Origin: Desulfatiglandales bacterium | Lineage (GTDB): Bacteria; Desulfobacterota; DSM-4660; Desulfatiglandales; Desulfatiglandaceae | Length of the DNA: 64,000 bases | Assembly (NCBI GenBank): GCA_963666345.1 | Contig: OY762721.1 | Span: 3,552,001-3,616,000, forward strand | Direction of reading: 5' to 3' | In this document: piece after piece, positions 31,375-39,898 of the stretch | How positions within the stretch are numbered: position 1 is the first letter of the stretch | How the letters are laid out: each line of letters starts with the position of its first letter | Translations under genes and position numbers: made by a program | Notes under the pieces: model-generated | What the model saw: only the letters and a program-made list of their open reading frames with translations | Database searches by the model: none | What the model was told of the DNA's origin: nothing

Positions 31375-31418
31375 CAGCTGCCCGGCATATAAGCCTATCT
31401 TATTAACCGGGCAAGCTG
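31375..31418. repeat. Intergenic hairpin H1 (stem, 3x3 internal loop, stem)
   Basis: CAGCTGCCCGG-CAT-ATAAG-CCTAT-CTTAT-TAA-CCGGGCAAGCTG. Confidence 0.7.
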
Positions 31419-31689
31419 TAGCTACCCTTTATCTGGCTATGATAAAGCAACCGTCCAAGATTCTTGGTCTTTCCATCCACAAATCAAAAATATTCAGGAT
31501 TTCAACAAGCATATAACCTCTTCACATCTATACAAAAAGCAACTTTGCTACTTAATGTAATTAGGTATTTATTAGGTATATTACTGGTATATATTTATCA
31601 TGCTTTATATTGACTTTTACTTTATTTATATGCCAATAAATATTTGATTATCAATTTTATTAGTTTCTAGTATTTGGTTTTTTATCAGT

Positions 31690-31766
31690 TTTTGAAAAAG
31701 CCAAACCCCGAGCAATCGAGGGACGGAAAGCCACGGGTCTTAAATAGACAGCCGGGTTGCCGAAAG
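31690..31766 (+). ncRNA. Cyclic dinucleotide GEMM-I (c-di-GMP-I class) riboswitch
   Basis: GCCAAACC..GCAA..GGGACGGAAAGCCACGGGTCT..AGACAGCCGGGTTGCCGAA matches GEMM-I consensus; in the 5' UTR of the protease gene. Confidence 0.9.
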
Positions 31767-31832
31767 GTGCCCGGCTGTAGCTGTTTAAGGCCACCAAAAT
31801 GAATAGATAAAATTTGGGGTAGGGAGGACAAT

Positions 31833-34670
31833 ATGGTTTTCAAAATCACGAGATTTACATTCTTGACAGCCTTTCTGATCTTTATAATTCTAGCCAATTG
31901 GGCTTTCTGTGAACAGTGGCCTCCTAACTCATGGTATCGATGTCCATATTGCTACCATGTTCAGGACAATTACAATTCAGGGGTATGTGAAAGCTGTGGC
32001 AACCAGTATATTTCTGAAGTTGGTGATAAACATGATGGATGGATAAAAACTTTCTGGGATCAGGGTTATCATTACAATACTAAATGCCCTGAGATTAGAG
32101 GAGAGCAGGCTCCGGTCGGTTGTACGGCAACAGCAATGGCTCAAATAATTAATTTTTGGGAGTATCCCACAAGCGTAAGTTTTTCAGATTTGCCAAAGGA
32201 GCAAGGTGGGGATGCTTATGATTATTGGGATAAATGGGGAATTCTGCCAATAAATAAAATAAATATATTTGAAGATTCATATGCCTCAGTAAATGATCTT
32301 AATAACGCTTTAGAAACCATAGATTACTATACTGATGAAGAATCTCAATCTAGCTCTAGTGCTAGAGATGAACAGGCCTATTTTTGTTTTGGTGTTGGTG
32401 CCAAACTTGGAATGAAATATCATAAAGAAGAATCAGGTATACGTTTAAGTGCGGATGCTTACCTAGAGGGTTTTAACTATGGTTCAGCTATATGGGAGTT
32501 TAAGGATTATTGCATATGGAACAAATATGAAGACACTATTATTGAAAATTTAAAGAAGGGATGGCCAGTTCAAATTGGGATCATCACGGATGGCTCAGAT
32601 GGTCATTCAATAGTTGTAGATGGTTACAAAGATTCAGGTGTTGAACGTTTCCACACCAATTGGGGATGGGGCCTTGGTTACACTGGTTGGATAAATTTAC
32701 CCGATACTGGGACTGATTATAAATATGTACAACAAATTGTTTACAATATAGCTCCCTACAAAGGTTGGAACCAATGGGGTGCAGATGAAAGAAATTCCTT
32801 CAGCACACTTTATAACGCACCAGATGAAAATGTTATAAAAGAGAAATGGAAAGTTACATGCCCTTCAAGCCATAGTTTCAGTGGCTTAGTAGTTGGATCA
32901 GCTAATAATATTTATGCTGCTTGCTCACCAGATGGAACTTCCCAGCACCCCAAAGTCTATATGTACAACCAGTTCGGTTCAAAAACTGGAGATCCAATTG
33001 ATATTCCAGAAAATGTTAAAATTGAATTTATATGCCAAGAAACAGATCCTGAAAGCTCAGATAGGTATGTATTCATTTCCACAGAAAACGGATTCGTATA
33101 CAGGATAGATACCCGCAGTCGAACATGTAATAAAATATGGACAGAACCAAATAGTGATGACATCGATTGTTTAAAAATAGATTCAGACGGCTATTTATAT
33201 GCTTGCACGCTTCATAACCTTTACCAATTAGATTGCAATGGAAATGAAAAATGGCATTATTCTGCACCTGGTGACACGATGTTTTTAGGAGGTGGGAAAA
33301 ATCCCGCAATCGATGAGAAAAGGAATAAAGTCTATGTTGTATATTATGATTCAAATTCTAAAACGCCTTATCTTGTCCAGCTATCCAGGGCATCTGGGCC
33401 TAGTTTTATGAACACAAGATCATTTGGATCTGTCACCATCCCAACCATAAGAACTCCAATAGTAGGTCCTGATGGCACTATTTATATAGGAATATACACA
33501 ACTCTTTATGCACTTAATTATAGTGATATAAATGGTCCAACAAAGTGGACTAAAAATTTAAACTGCAGAAATGGCTGTTTAGATCCTAATGGTGAAAAGA
33601 TATATGTTCCATTATGGGAACAGGAGGATGGTCAATGGTATAATAAAATACGAGCAATGAATACCCTAAATGGTGATGAAATATGGGAAATCAAATTTCA
33701 GCAAGACCCTTCTAAAGATGATATTTGGCAGCCATATACAGCTGGTAATGGTATGGTATGCTTTACTGTTGAAACAGGTGGAGACCCTGAAACCTATACC
33801 GTTTACGGCTATCAGGATAATGGAAATAGCTACGATAAAAAATGGCAATTTGATGCTGGAACATCAGGCGGGGATTTTGCCTTCGGTCCGGGATCTACTT
33901 TATATTTTTGGGGAAAGACCGGTGTTGCTGAAACAATTTATGCTATTTCACAGGGTGAAACTGGAAAAGCCAATGAAGCTGGTATGGGCTTCACAGATAA
34001 TTCATCTCCCGAAAGTCCTCATAGTCCGACTCCAAATGATGGGGCTACTGATTTAGATATAGATGTTTTCCTAGATTGGGAGTCTGGAGATCCAGATTTC
34101 CATGCTTTAAAGTACTCAGTTTTTGTTGGAAAGCAAGGTAGTATTATGGTGCCAGTTGTTACTGACTTAACAAATAGCAATTATACATTGGAAAATTTAG
34201 AAGGGGGGAAGCTTTACAATTGGCAGATTATTGCAAGTGATGGCCAAGCAATTACAAAAGGTCCAACTTGGGCGTTTACAACAGAAATAGAAGATTTATG
34301 TCCCGATGATCCAAACAAAACAGAACCTGGCATATGTGGGTGTGGTGTGCCAGATACAGACACAGACGGAGATGGGGCTGCAGACTGTATTGATTTAGAT
34401 GACGATGATGATGGCCTACAAGATATTATTGAGGATGTAAATCAAAACGGAGCAGTTGATTCGGGAGAAACTGATCCTCTTAATCCTGATAGCGATGATG
34501 ATGGGATGTTAGACGGATGGGAAGTGCAATATGGTCTTGATCCTCTGGTAGATGATGCATCGGGCGATCTAGATGGTGATGGGGTTTTAAATTATCAAGA
34601 ATATCTTAACGGCACAGATCCATCAAGACCACCATTTTTGCCCTTCTTACCATTACTCTTAGAGGATTAG
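31833..34670 (+). CDS. Secreted C10 (streptopain-like) cysteine protease with PQQ-like beta-propeller, FN3-like domain and Asp-rich Ca-binding repeats
   Basis: Signal peptide; WDQG.YN..CP, VGCTATAMAQI (Cys), GHSIVVDGY..FHTNWGWG (His); xKW repeats; DTDGDG/DSDDDG repeats. Confidence 0.88.
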   Translation: MVFKITRFTFLTAFLIFIILANWAFCEQWPPNSWYRCPYCYHVQDNYNSGVCESCGNQYISEVGDKHDGWIKTFWDQGYHYNTKCPEIRGEQAPVGCTATAMAQIINFWEYPTSVSFSDLPKEQGGDAYDYWDKWGILPINKINIFEDSYASVNDLNNALETIDYYTDEESQSSSSARDEQAYFCFGVGAKLGMKYHKEESGIRLSADAYLEGFNYGSAIWEFKDYCIWNKYEDTIIENLKKGWPVQIGIITDGSDGHSIVVDGYKDSGVERFHTNWGWGLGYTGWINLPDTGTDYKYVQQIVYNIAPYKGWNQWGADERNSFSTLYNAPDENVIKEKWKVTCPSSHSFSGLVVGSANNIYAACSPDGTSQHPKVYMYNQFGSKTGDPIDIPENVKIEFICQETDPESSDRYVFISTENGFVYRIDTRSRTCNKIWTEPNSDDIDCLKIDSDGYLYACTLHNLYQLDCNGNEKWHYSAPGDTMFLGGGKNPAIDEKRNKVYVVYYDSNSKTPYLVQLSRASGPSFMNTRSFGSVTIPTIRTPIVGPDGTIYIGIYTTLYALNYSDINGPTKWTKNLNCRNGCLDPNGEKIYVPLWEQEDGQWYNKIRAMNTLNGDEIWEIKFQQDPSKDDIWQPYTAGNGMVCFTVETGGDPETYTVYGYQDNGNSYDKKWQFDAGTSGGDFAFGPGSTLYFWGKTGVAETIYAISQGETGKANEAGMGFTDNSSPESPHSPTPNDGATDLDIDVFLDWESGDPDFHALKYSVFVGKQGSIMVPVVTDLTNSNYTLENLEGGKLYNWQIIASDGQAITKGPTWAFTTEIEDLCPDDPNKTEPGICGCGVPDTDTDGDGAADCIDLDDDDDGLQDIIEDVNQNGAVDSGETDPLNPDSDDDGMLDGWEVQYGLDPLVDDASGDLDGDGVLNYQEYLNGTDPSRPPFLPFLPLLLED

Positions 34671-34718
34671 GAATTTATTATTTGATACTTCGCTAACATG
34701 ATACCAAAGGCAGCTCAA

Positions 34719-34761
34719 CAGCCATGCATATACAGCATCAATAGCTGTTATTGCATGGCTG
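34719..34761. repeat. Intergenic hairpin H2
   Basis: CAGCCATGCA-TAT-ACAGC-ATCAATA-GCTGT-TAT-TGCATGGCTG. Confidence 0.75.
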
Positions 34762-34820
34762 ATCTACCTAGCTACCTCAGCTATTCCAAATCCATATCAC
34801 CAGCTCAGCAGCTTCAAATC

Positions 34821-34849
34821 TTGACATTCCGGCATAATCACAATAAAAT
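34821..34849 (+). promoter_or_regulatory. Near-consensus sigma70 promoter
   Basis: TTGACA-17 bp-TAAAAT. Confidence 0.7.
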
Positions 34850-34855
34850 AGTTTG

Positions 34856-35007
34856 TAAATAATCATGAAGATTGACGTGAGGCAACTGGGCCTGTGACCG
34901 TCAAGCCAACCTAGCTCCAAAAGGTGGCACCAGCCCGTAAGGGAACCATGAGGTCAAGAAGACAAACGGACAGATGGCCTCTCCCTATTTCAGTGAGAGG
35001 TTTTTTT
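34856..35007 (+). ncRNA. Candidate structured ncRNA or attenuator leader (unassigned)
   Basis: Promoter upstream, three consecutive hairpins including CCC-GTAA-GGG, then an intrinsic terminator. Confidence 0.55.
34978..35007 (+). terminator. Intrinsic terminator
   Basis: CCTCTC-N11-GAGAGG followed by T7. Confidence 0.7.
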
Positions 35008-35036
35008 ATTTGTCCATAGACAAAGGAGAAGCTGAT

Positions 35037-35213
35037 ATGACCGAAAATAAAAAGAAGACCCCTAAGGAACAAAAATCACAACGTCCATTATGCACGGACT
35101 GGTCGTTCACAAAGCAAGTGCTGCCGTTGGGCAGCTTCATAGCTGGAGGAAGGATTTTGAAACCCTCCAGGATGAATAGTTCTGAAGATAAATCAACAGA
35201 TAAGAAAGAATAG
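35037..35213 (+). CDS. Small hypothetical protein (58 aa), paralogue A
   Basis: RBS AAGGAG; shares F..GG.ILK.SR and C-terminal DKKE with the next ORF. Confidence 0.6.
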   Translation: MTENKKKTPKEQKSQRPLCTDWSFTKQVLPLGSFIAGGRILKPSRMNSSEDKSTDKKE

Positions 35214-35240
35214 CTACAGCTGAAAATTGAAAAGGAGAAT

Positions 35241-35423
35241 ATGGATATGGCCACAACTGGAAAGAAGACCCAGCAGGAACATCGATTATCGATGGAAGAG
35301 CTGCCTTTGGATCATCCACTGTACAAGACAGGCTTCGTGGTTGGAGGAAAGATTTTGAAGCTGTCCAGAAAAGACAACCATGAACAAGGATCTAAAGATA
35401 AGCCAGCAGATAAGAAAGAATAG
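35241..35423 (+). CDS. Small hypothetical protein (about 60 aa), paralogue B
   Basis: RBS AAGGAG; motif shared with the previous ORF. Confidence 0.6.
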   Translation: MDMATTGKKTQQEHRLSMEELPLDHPLYKTGFVVGGKILKLSRKDNHEQGSKDKPADKKE

Positions 35424-35435
35424 CTGGTACAGCTG

Positions 35436-35479
35436 CAGCTGTGCAATCACAGCAGATATTTGCTGTATCTGCACAGCTG
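35436..35479. repeat. Intergenic hairpin H3
   Basis: CAGCTGTGCA-ATC-ACAGCA-GATATT-TGCTGT-ATC-TGCACAGCTG. Confidence 0.75.
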
Positions 35480-35523
35480 GCTGTCGATGTCTCAATAAAT
35501 TTGATTGTCAGATATGGGGTAGG

Positions 35524-35544
35524 AGCCTCGGAGAGGAGAGCTGT
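35524..35544 (+). repeat. 21-bp direct repeat AGCCTCGGAGAGGARAGCTGT (second copy 37445-37465)
   Basis: 20 of 21 bases identical. Confidence 0.8.
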
Positions 35545-35568
35545 TATGTTTGATCTTAGCTAGTTCAT

Positions 35569-36410
35569 TTAATTGTAGGGCCTCAATCTTTCGCTCACTA
35601 TTGCATTCAGCTTTCTGACATCCTCGGTAAGATTCAAGACATGCATTTTTCGGTGACAGTTTGGACATAAGGCAACAGTATTCTCAATTACATCCTCACC
35701 GCCTTCTGACAACCAGGTTAGGTGGTGTTCTTCAAGATACGGCACTCCTTTTCTATCCTTGAATGGAGCATCATTCCCACAAAGCTGACATTTTCCGTTA
35801 GCTATTCTTTTTGCAAGTTCAGCTACATAAACGTTCCTCTCGTAGGTTTTTGAGATGACCTGTCTACGTCCAACTCCTTTTCTTGAATATTTGGCTCTCC
35901 TCTCAAGTTCAGAATAGCTTAACCTAGAAGCCTCCCTCTGTTTTTTCTCCTGTTTGCTCTGTATGAGTTTATCCGGTGTCGGCTTATAAGCTACACCTGC
36001 TTGAAGCTTTAATGGGAAAACCCAAACATATCTCAAATTGTGGTCTATGTCTGGTTGTGTTTCTTTATAAGGTTCACTGGCCAGTTCAACCTGGCCTTGG
36101 TATATATAATTTCCTCTGTCAAACACTTCGAAAAGAAATAAACTAACATCAGATTCGGGAGATTCAGCCACCGTTTTATTCTGATTAGCATCAATTCGTT
36201 GATCACCTCTCAATCCCATGCCAGTGTAGTGAAAGACATCATCTATCCATCGGTCTTCATAAATGGATTTTGTAGGATCAGAGACAAGAACAAGACTATT
36301 CGTTGTAAGGGATCGTCTCATCCCCCCTTTTGTGGGCTGCATTTAAATATTTCTCGCAGTTGGTCGTTTTGGAGGATATCTCCTACCTCTAGATTTGGCT
36401 CAAATGTCAA
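35569..36410 (-). CDS. SRA-like + HNH endonuclease (McrA-like, modification-dependent), frameshifted near 36328
   Basis: GGMRRS..LVLVSD..YED.W..HYTGMG..GDQ; CQLC, EEHH.W..GG.D..N..LCPNCH; TTG start at 36410 with AGGAGG RBS lies in a different frame from the body. Confidence 0.8.
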
Positions 36411-36816
36411 TTTCGTTCCTCCTCAATTTGTCAACGAAGGGAAGATCAGCTGGTGCAAAATCATATTGATCTAGCTGGCTAGGCTCAACCCATCTGTAAT
36501 CATCATGAGCACTGGCTATGATATCACCACTCTGCCAATAGGTGTTAAAAGCTAGAAGGTTTATTGATATGTGGTCATAGTGATAAACACTAGAGCCTAT
36601 AAACATTCCAATGGAAGTAACTATCCCAAATTCTTCCATTAGCTCTCTTTTCAAGCATTGCTCAGCAGTCTCACCGTTCTCAACTTTTCCGCCAGGAAAC
36701 TCCCATTTATTTGGTAGGCTCCCAGTAACCTTCCTTTTGGCTATGAGAATTTTACCATCTTTCACCATAATGGCTGCAGTAACATCTACGATATGGGGAT
36801 CACTTTTTTCAGTCAT
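36400..36816 (-). CDS. Nudix hydrolase, MutT/NudG-like
   Basis: WEFPGGKVENGETAEQCLKRELMEEFG Nudix box; FAPADLP. Confidence 0.93.
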   Translation of the reverse strand: MTEKSDPHIVDVTAAIMVKDGKILIAKRKVTGSLPNKWEFPGGKVENGETAEQCLKRELMEEFGIVTSIGMFIGSSVYHYDHISINLLAFNTYWQSGDIIASAHDDYRWVEPSQLDQYDFAPADLPFVDKLRRNEIDI

Positions 36817-36845
36817 TAATTTTCCTTCTAGTATAGCTTGAACAG

Positions 36846-37397
36846 CTATTGGTTAGATGCATTTTCACCATCTGCTAACAGCCCATATATAATTGTTGGC
36901 ACCGATATGGGTAAAACGGTGAAATATCTTAAGGCCAAGGCAAAGTTGGCCATGTTCCTAACACTTGATCTTCTATTAGGGAAAAATTCGTATTCATTAT
37001 GTGGCACAATTAACACTGCAAGGCTAAGCAATCCATTCTGGAGCCCATATTGAAACTTGTAGAAATCACGGTACAACGTAGCACTATTGCCAAACTGTAT
37101 CTCACCAAAAACAAGACCCTTAGAAAAATCGCCTATCAAACGAGGGGATTTACTCAATCGGGGCTGCAATCGCCAACCTATCTCAGATAAGGCATCAGAA
37201 AACGATCTGTTATATGCAGCTTGATGATGAAGCAAGTTCTTGGTTGTGTTCAATGAGAAATCTGGAGACCATGCGTGAGCAGTAAGGACATCAGACAATT
37301 CCTGAAGCTCTGCATTAACAGAGGATAGCAGCACCTCGCCACAGTGCAAATATTTAGTAAGGTATCTCATATTTGTTTCTAACGCCTGGTTGTCCAC
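36846..37397 (-). CDS. BglII/BstYI-like type II restriction endonuclease fold protein
   Basis: GDFSKGLVFGEIQFGN (D..E-x-Q motif), D.YKFQ. Confidence 0.7.
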   Translation of the reverse strand: MDNQALETNMRYLTKYLHCGEVLLSSVNAELQELSDVLTAHAWSPDFSLNTTKNLLHHQAAYNRSFSDALSEIGWRLQPRLSKSPRLIGDFSKGLVFGEIQFGNSATLYRDFYKFQYGLQNGLLSLAVLIVPHNEYEFFPNRRSSVRNMANFALALRYFTVLPISVPTIIYGLLADGENASNQ

Positions 37398-37490
37398 CTA
37401 GTTTCATTGATCATGGCTATCACATTACATGTATATTTACTAAAAGCCTCGGAGAGGAAAGCTGTAGGATTATCTTTTAACTGCTAAAAA

Positions 37491-38090
37491 TCATTTTGAC
37501 GTAGGATCAAATCTAGTCAAGAATTTCTTAATTTCTTCATCTGTAGAATTTTCCGTAATGCCATTCTCTTTTATAAGCTTTTCGATTTCATGCAATTCAA
37601 GGAATTGTCGTTTTGATAAGACATCTTTAGGATCTTGATCACCCCATTTTGGGCCAAATGTTTTCACAGCCCAATACATTACTTTAGCCTTAATTTTGTT
37701 CACGCCTCCACACAGGCAAGCATCGTAAAACATTCTATGTGCTGTTAGAGAAGATCGACAAATTTTTTCACGAAGATCACAAGCTACATCATGAACTACA
37801 GACGCCCTGCGATAATTACCTACAAATGGTGGGCCAATCCATTTATTCCATAGTAGCCATGGGATGCTTGCTCCATTAATTTCAGAACCTCTAGGAGCAG
37901 GCCATTGTTTTCCACTAGGATCAACATAATAAAAATCGTCAAGAAGTATGACATTTCTATCTGGCTCGGGCTCCACCATCCACTCAACTCGGACATCATT
38001 TAAAAAATGTCCATTAGAATCAGCGTACAAGTTAGATGCCAAAAGAATTAGGAGTCCTATGAAGATTTTAAAGAAAACTTTATATTTCAT
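37491..38090 (-). CDS. DUF1353-like protein with signal peptide
   Basis: GASIPW.LW..GPPF.G.YRRASVVHD..C, YWAVK.FG. Confidence 0.75.
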   Translation of the reverse strand: MKYKVFFKIFIGLLILLASNLYADSNGHFLNDVRVEWMVEPEPDRNVILLDDFYYVDPSGKQWPAPRGSEINGASIPWLLWNKWIGPPFVGNYRRASVVHDVACDLREKICRSSLTAHRMFYDACLCGGVNKIKAKVMYWAVKTFGPKWGDQDPKDVLSKRQFLELHEIEKLIKENGITENSTDEEIKKFLTRFDPTSK

Positions 38091-38178
38091 AAGTCCTCAC
38101 AATATTAATATATCTGAAACAAGAGGCTTTGTCTGAATGTGCAGTTCCAATTACTGATGAAAACATACAGCTCAATCT

Positions 38179-38454
38179 CTATTTAATCTCAAAGCCCTCG
38201 TAATAAACCACCATCTCATCAAGTATCCGTTTCTCCCATGGATCTTTCTGGCTCATGCAGCTGCCACATGCTCCGCTATCGGCATCTCTATAAGCACCAA
38301 TGGTTGGATCTAGACCGCCATTCCTGAAGACCCTCTGGTAGTATATACAACCACAAGAAAGCAGATAGAACCTTAAGCCTGTCACTTCACCTGGAAAGGA
38401 CTGAAAGATACTTCTTGCAAGCCAGGTGATTGTTTCTGAGGTGCTGGATTCCAT
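38179..38454 (-). CDS. Small Cys-containing hypothetical protein
   Basis: CGC and CxxC motifs; no recognised family. Confidence 0.55.
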   Translation of the reverse strand: MESSTSETITWLARSIFQSFPGEVTGLRFYLLSCGCIYYQRVFRNGGLDPTIGAYRDADSGACGSCMSQKDPWEKRILDEMVVYYEGFEIK

Positions 38455-38517
38455 ATATTTGCCTTGTAGTTCTTATTTATAAACTGGAAGGTTCCAAGCT
38501 ACATTATGTATTTTCGG

Positions 38518-39363
38518 TTAAATCTTATCAGATTTTTCCCTGTTGCAGTGCTCACATAATATTTGAATGTTTCTTTCAGTATTGCTTCCCCCTTTTGAAA
38601 CTGGGATGATATGATCAAACTCCAAGTTTTCTTTGCTACCACATTTTACACACTTCCCTCCGTCTCTTCTCCAAACAAACATTCTGACAGCCTCAGGTAT
38701 TGGTTCTCTTGCTAACTCTGGTTCAGATGCCAATCTCTCAATTATTTGAAGCTCCTTTTGGAACCTGTCGAGCTTTTTCATCTCTTTAACATAATATTTT
38801 TTAACTAATAGTTGCCGGTCTTCTTGACTATGTATGTCAGGCTTATTGAAATAATATAGATTCTCTTTATAAACGTAGAAAGTATAGCTTTCAAATTCCT
38901 TCATTATTTCATTTTTTTTGGTATGAATTTTGTCTTTAGCATTTCTCACTCGTTCGCTAAATTTAGCCATTGCTTCTTCATATTTCTGTGCTTCCCTTTC
39001 ATTTCTGTCATTATCCCTGTCTTCTGCAGCCCATTCTCTATCCCAATGCTTGCTTTTAGCTATATCGTACCTACGGTCAAAAGGATCAAGAGCTGTTCTA
39101 AATTCAGGAACATAAGTGTAATATCTTTTAGGTTTTTTAGGAGGGACATTAGGAACTTTTATATTACTTAAGTCAATATTTAACAGAGCTGCAGACAATA
39201 GTTGAGGATCATCTTTTTGAGTTCGTTTAAATTCAGCCATATGTTTTTGCGAAGAAAACTCAATCAAGCATGGTCGACCCAGAATTTTTATCGTAATTTG
39301 ATCAAACTTGACCTTCTCATTCTCGGTCTTCAAGAATCCTGTACTCAAAACCTTTAGCGCCAT
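38518..39363 (-). CDS. C-terminal HNH endonuclease, paralogue 1
   Basis: RRDGGKCVKCG..LEFDHIIP.SKGGSN..NIQILC..CN. Confidence 0.9.
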   Translation of the reverse strand: MALKVLSTGFLKTENEKVKFDQITIKILGRPCLIEFSSQKHMAEFKRTQKDDPQLLSAALLNIDLSNIKVPNVPPKKPKRYYTYVPEFRTALDPFDRRYDIAKSKHWDREWAAEDRDNDRNEREAQKYEEAMAKFSERVRNAKDKIHTKKNEIMKEFESYTFYVYKENLYYFNKPDIHSQEDRQLLVKKYYVKEMKKLDRFQKELQIIERLASEPELAREPIPEAVRMFVWRRDGGKCVKCGSKENLEFDHIIPVSKGGSNTERNIQILCEHCNREKSDKI

Positions 39364-39480
39364 TTGAATCCCACTTCAAAACCTGAGTTTTTGACCGATA
39401 TTCTCTGGAAAATGCGATTGTAGTAACCCTTATACAAAATGTGCTTTTAGCGAAACAGAATCATATTTCAATAATCCTTA

Positions 39481-39879
39481 TTAGCCTTTTTCTTCAAGGC
39501 TAACTCTAACAGTCGTTTTTTTCTTTTTTTTAACTTTTTTTGGGGTGCCTTTTATCTTTGCCTCCCATTTACCACAATTAAAATCAATCCCACCACCAAA
39601 ATCCATATGTGTAAACCATCCTCTATCAACTTCCTCCTCCTCATCAACCTCAACAACTAAATCATGTCTCTCAGCACTGTATTCATCTTTCAGATTTTTA
39701 AGAAACTGCAAGGCAAATTTAATAGCAGTATCAGGTTGTTCACGTTCGACTTGAGGGACAGTCGAAGCAGAAATCGTTGCAACGTCAGTGGAATATGGAA
39801 AAATCTGGGTGTTAGGCTTACCGCCTATCGGAGTTGCTGTTACTTCAATAATAGGTTCATCCTCGTATTTGTTGGACAT
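39481..39879 (-). CDS. Hypothetical protein
   Basis: ATG 39879 with GGAG RBS, directly downstream of HNH paralogue 2. Confidence 0.55.
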   Translation of the reverse strand: MSNKYEDEPIIEVTATPIGGKPNTQIFPYSTDVATISASTVPQVEREQPDTAIKFALQFLKNLKDEYSAERHDLVVEVDEEEEVDRGWFTHMDFGGGIDFNCGKWEAKIKGTPKKVKKKKKTTVRVSLEEKG

Positions 39880-39898
39880 AACTTTCTCCAAAAAACAT

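Noticed and set aside
31685..31897. 70-aa minus-strand ORF
   Set aside because: Antisense to the riboswitch and the protease start
31375..35484. Hairpins H1-H3 as classical integron attC sites
   Set aside because: No RYYYAAC/GTTRRRY ends, and the integrase looks like a phage-type arm-binding enzyme, not IntI
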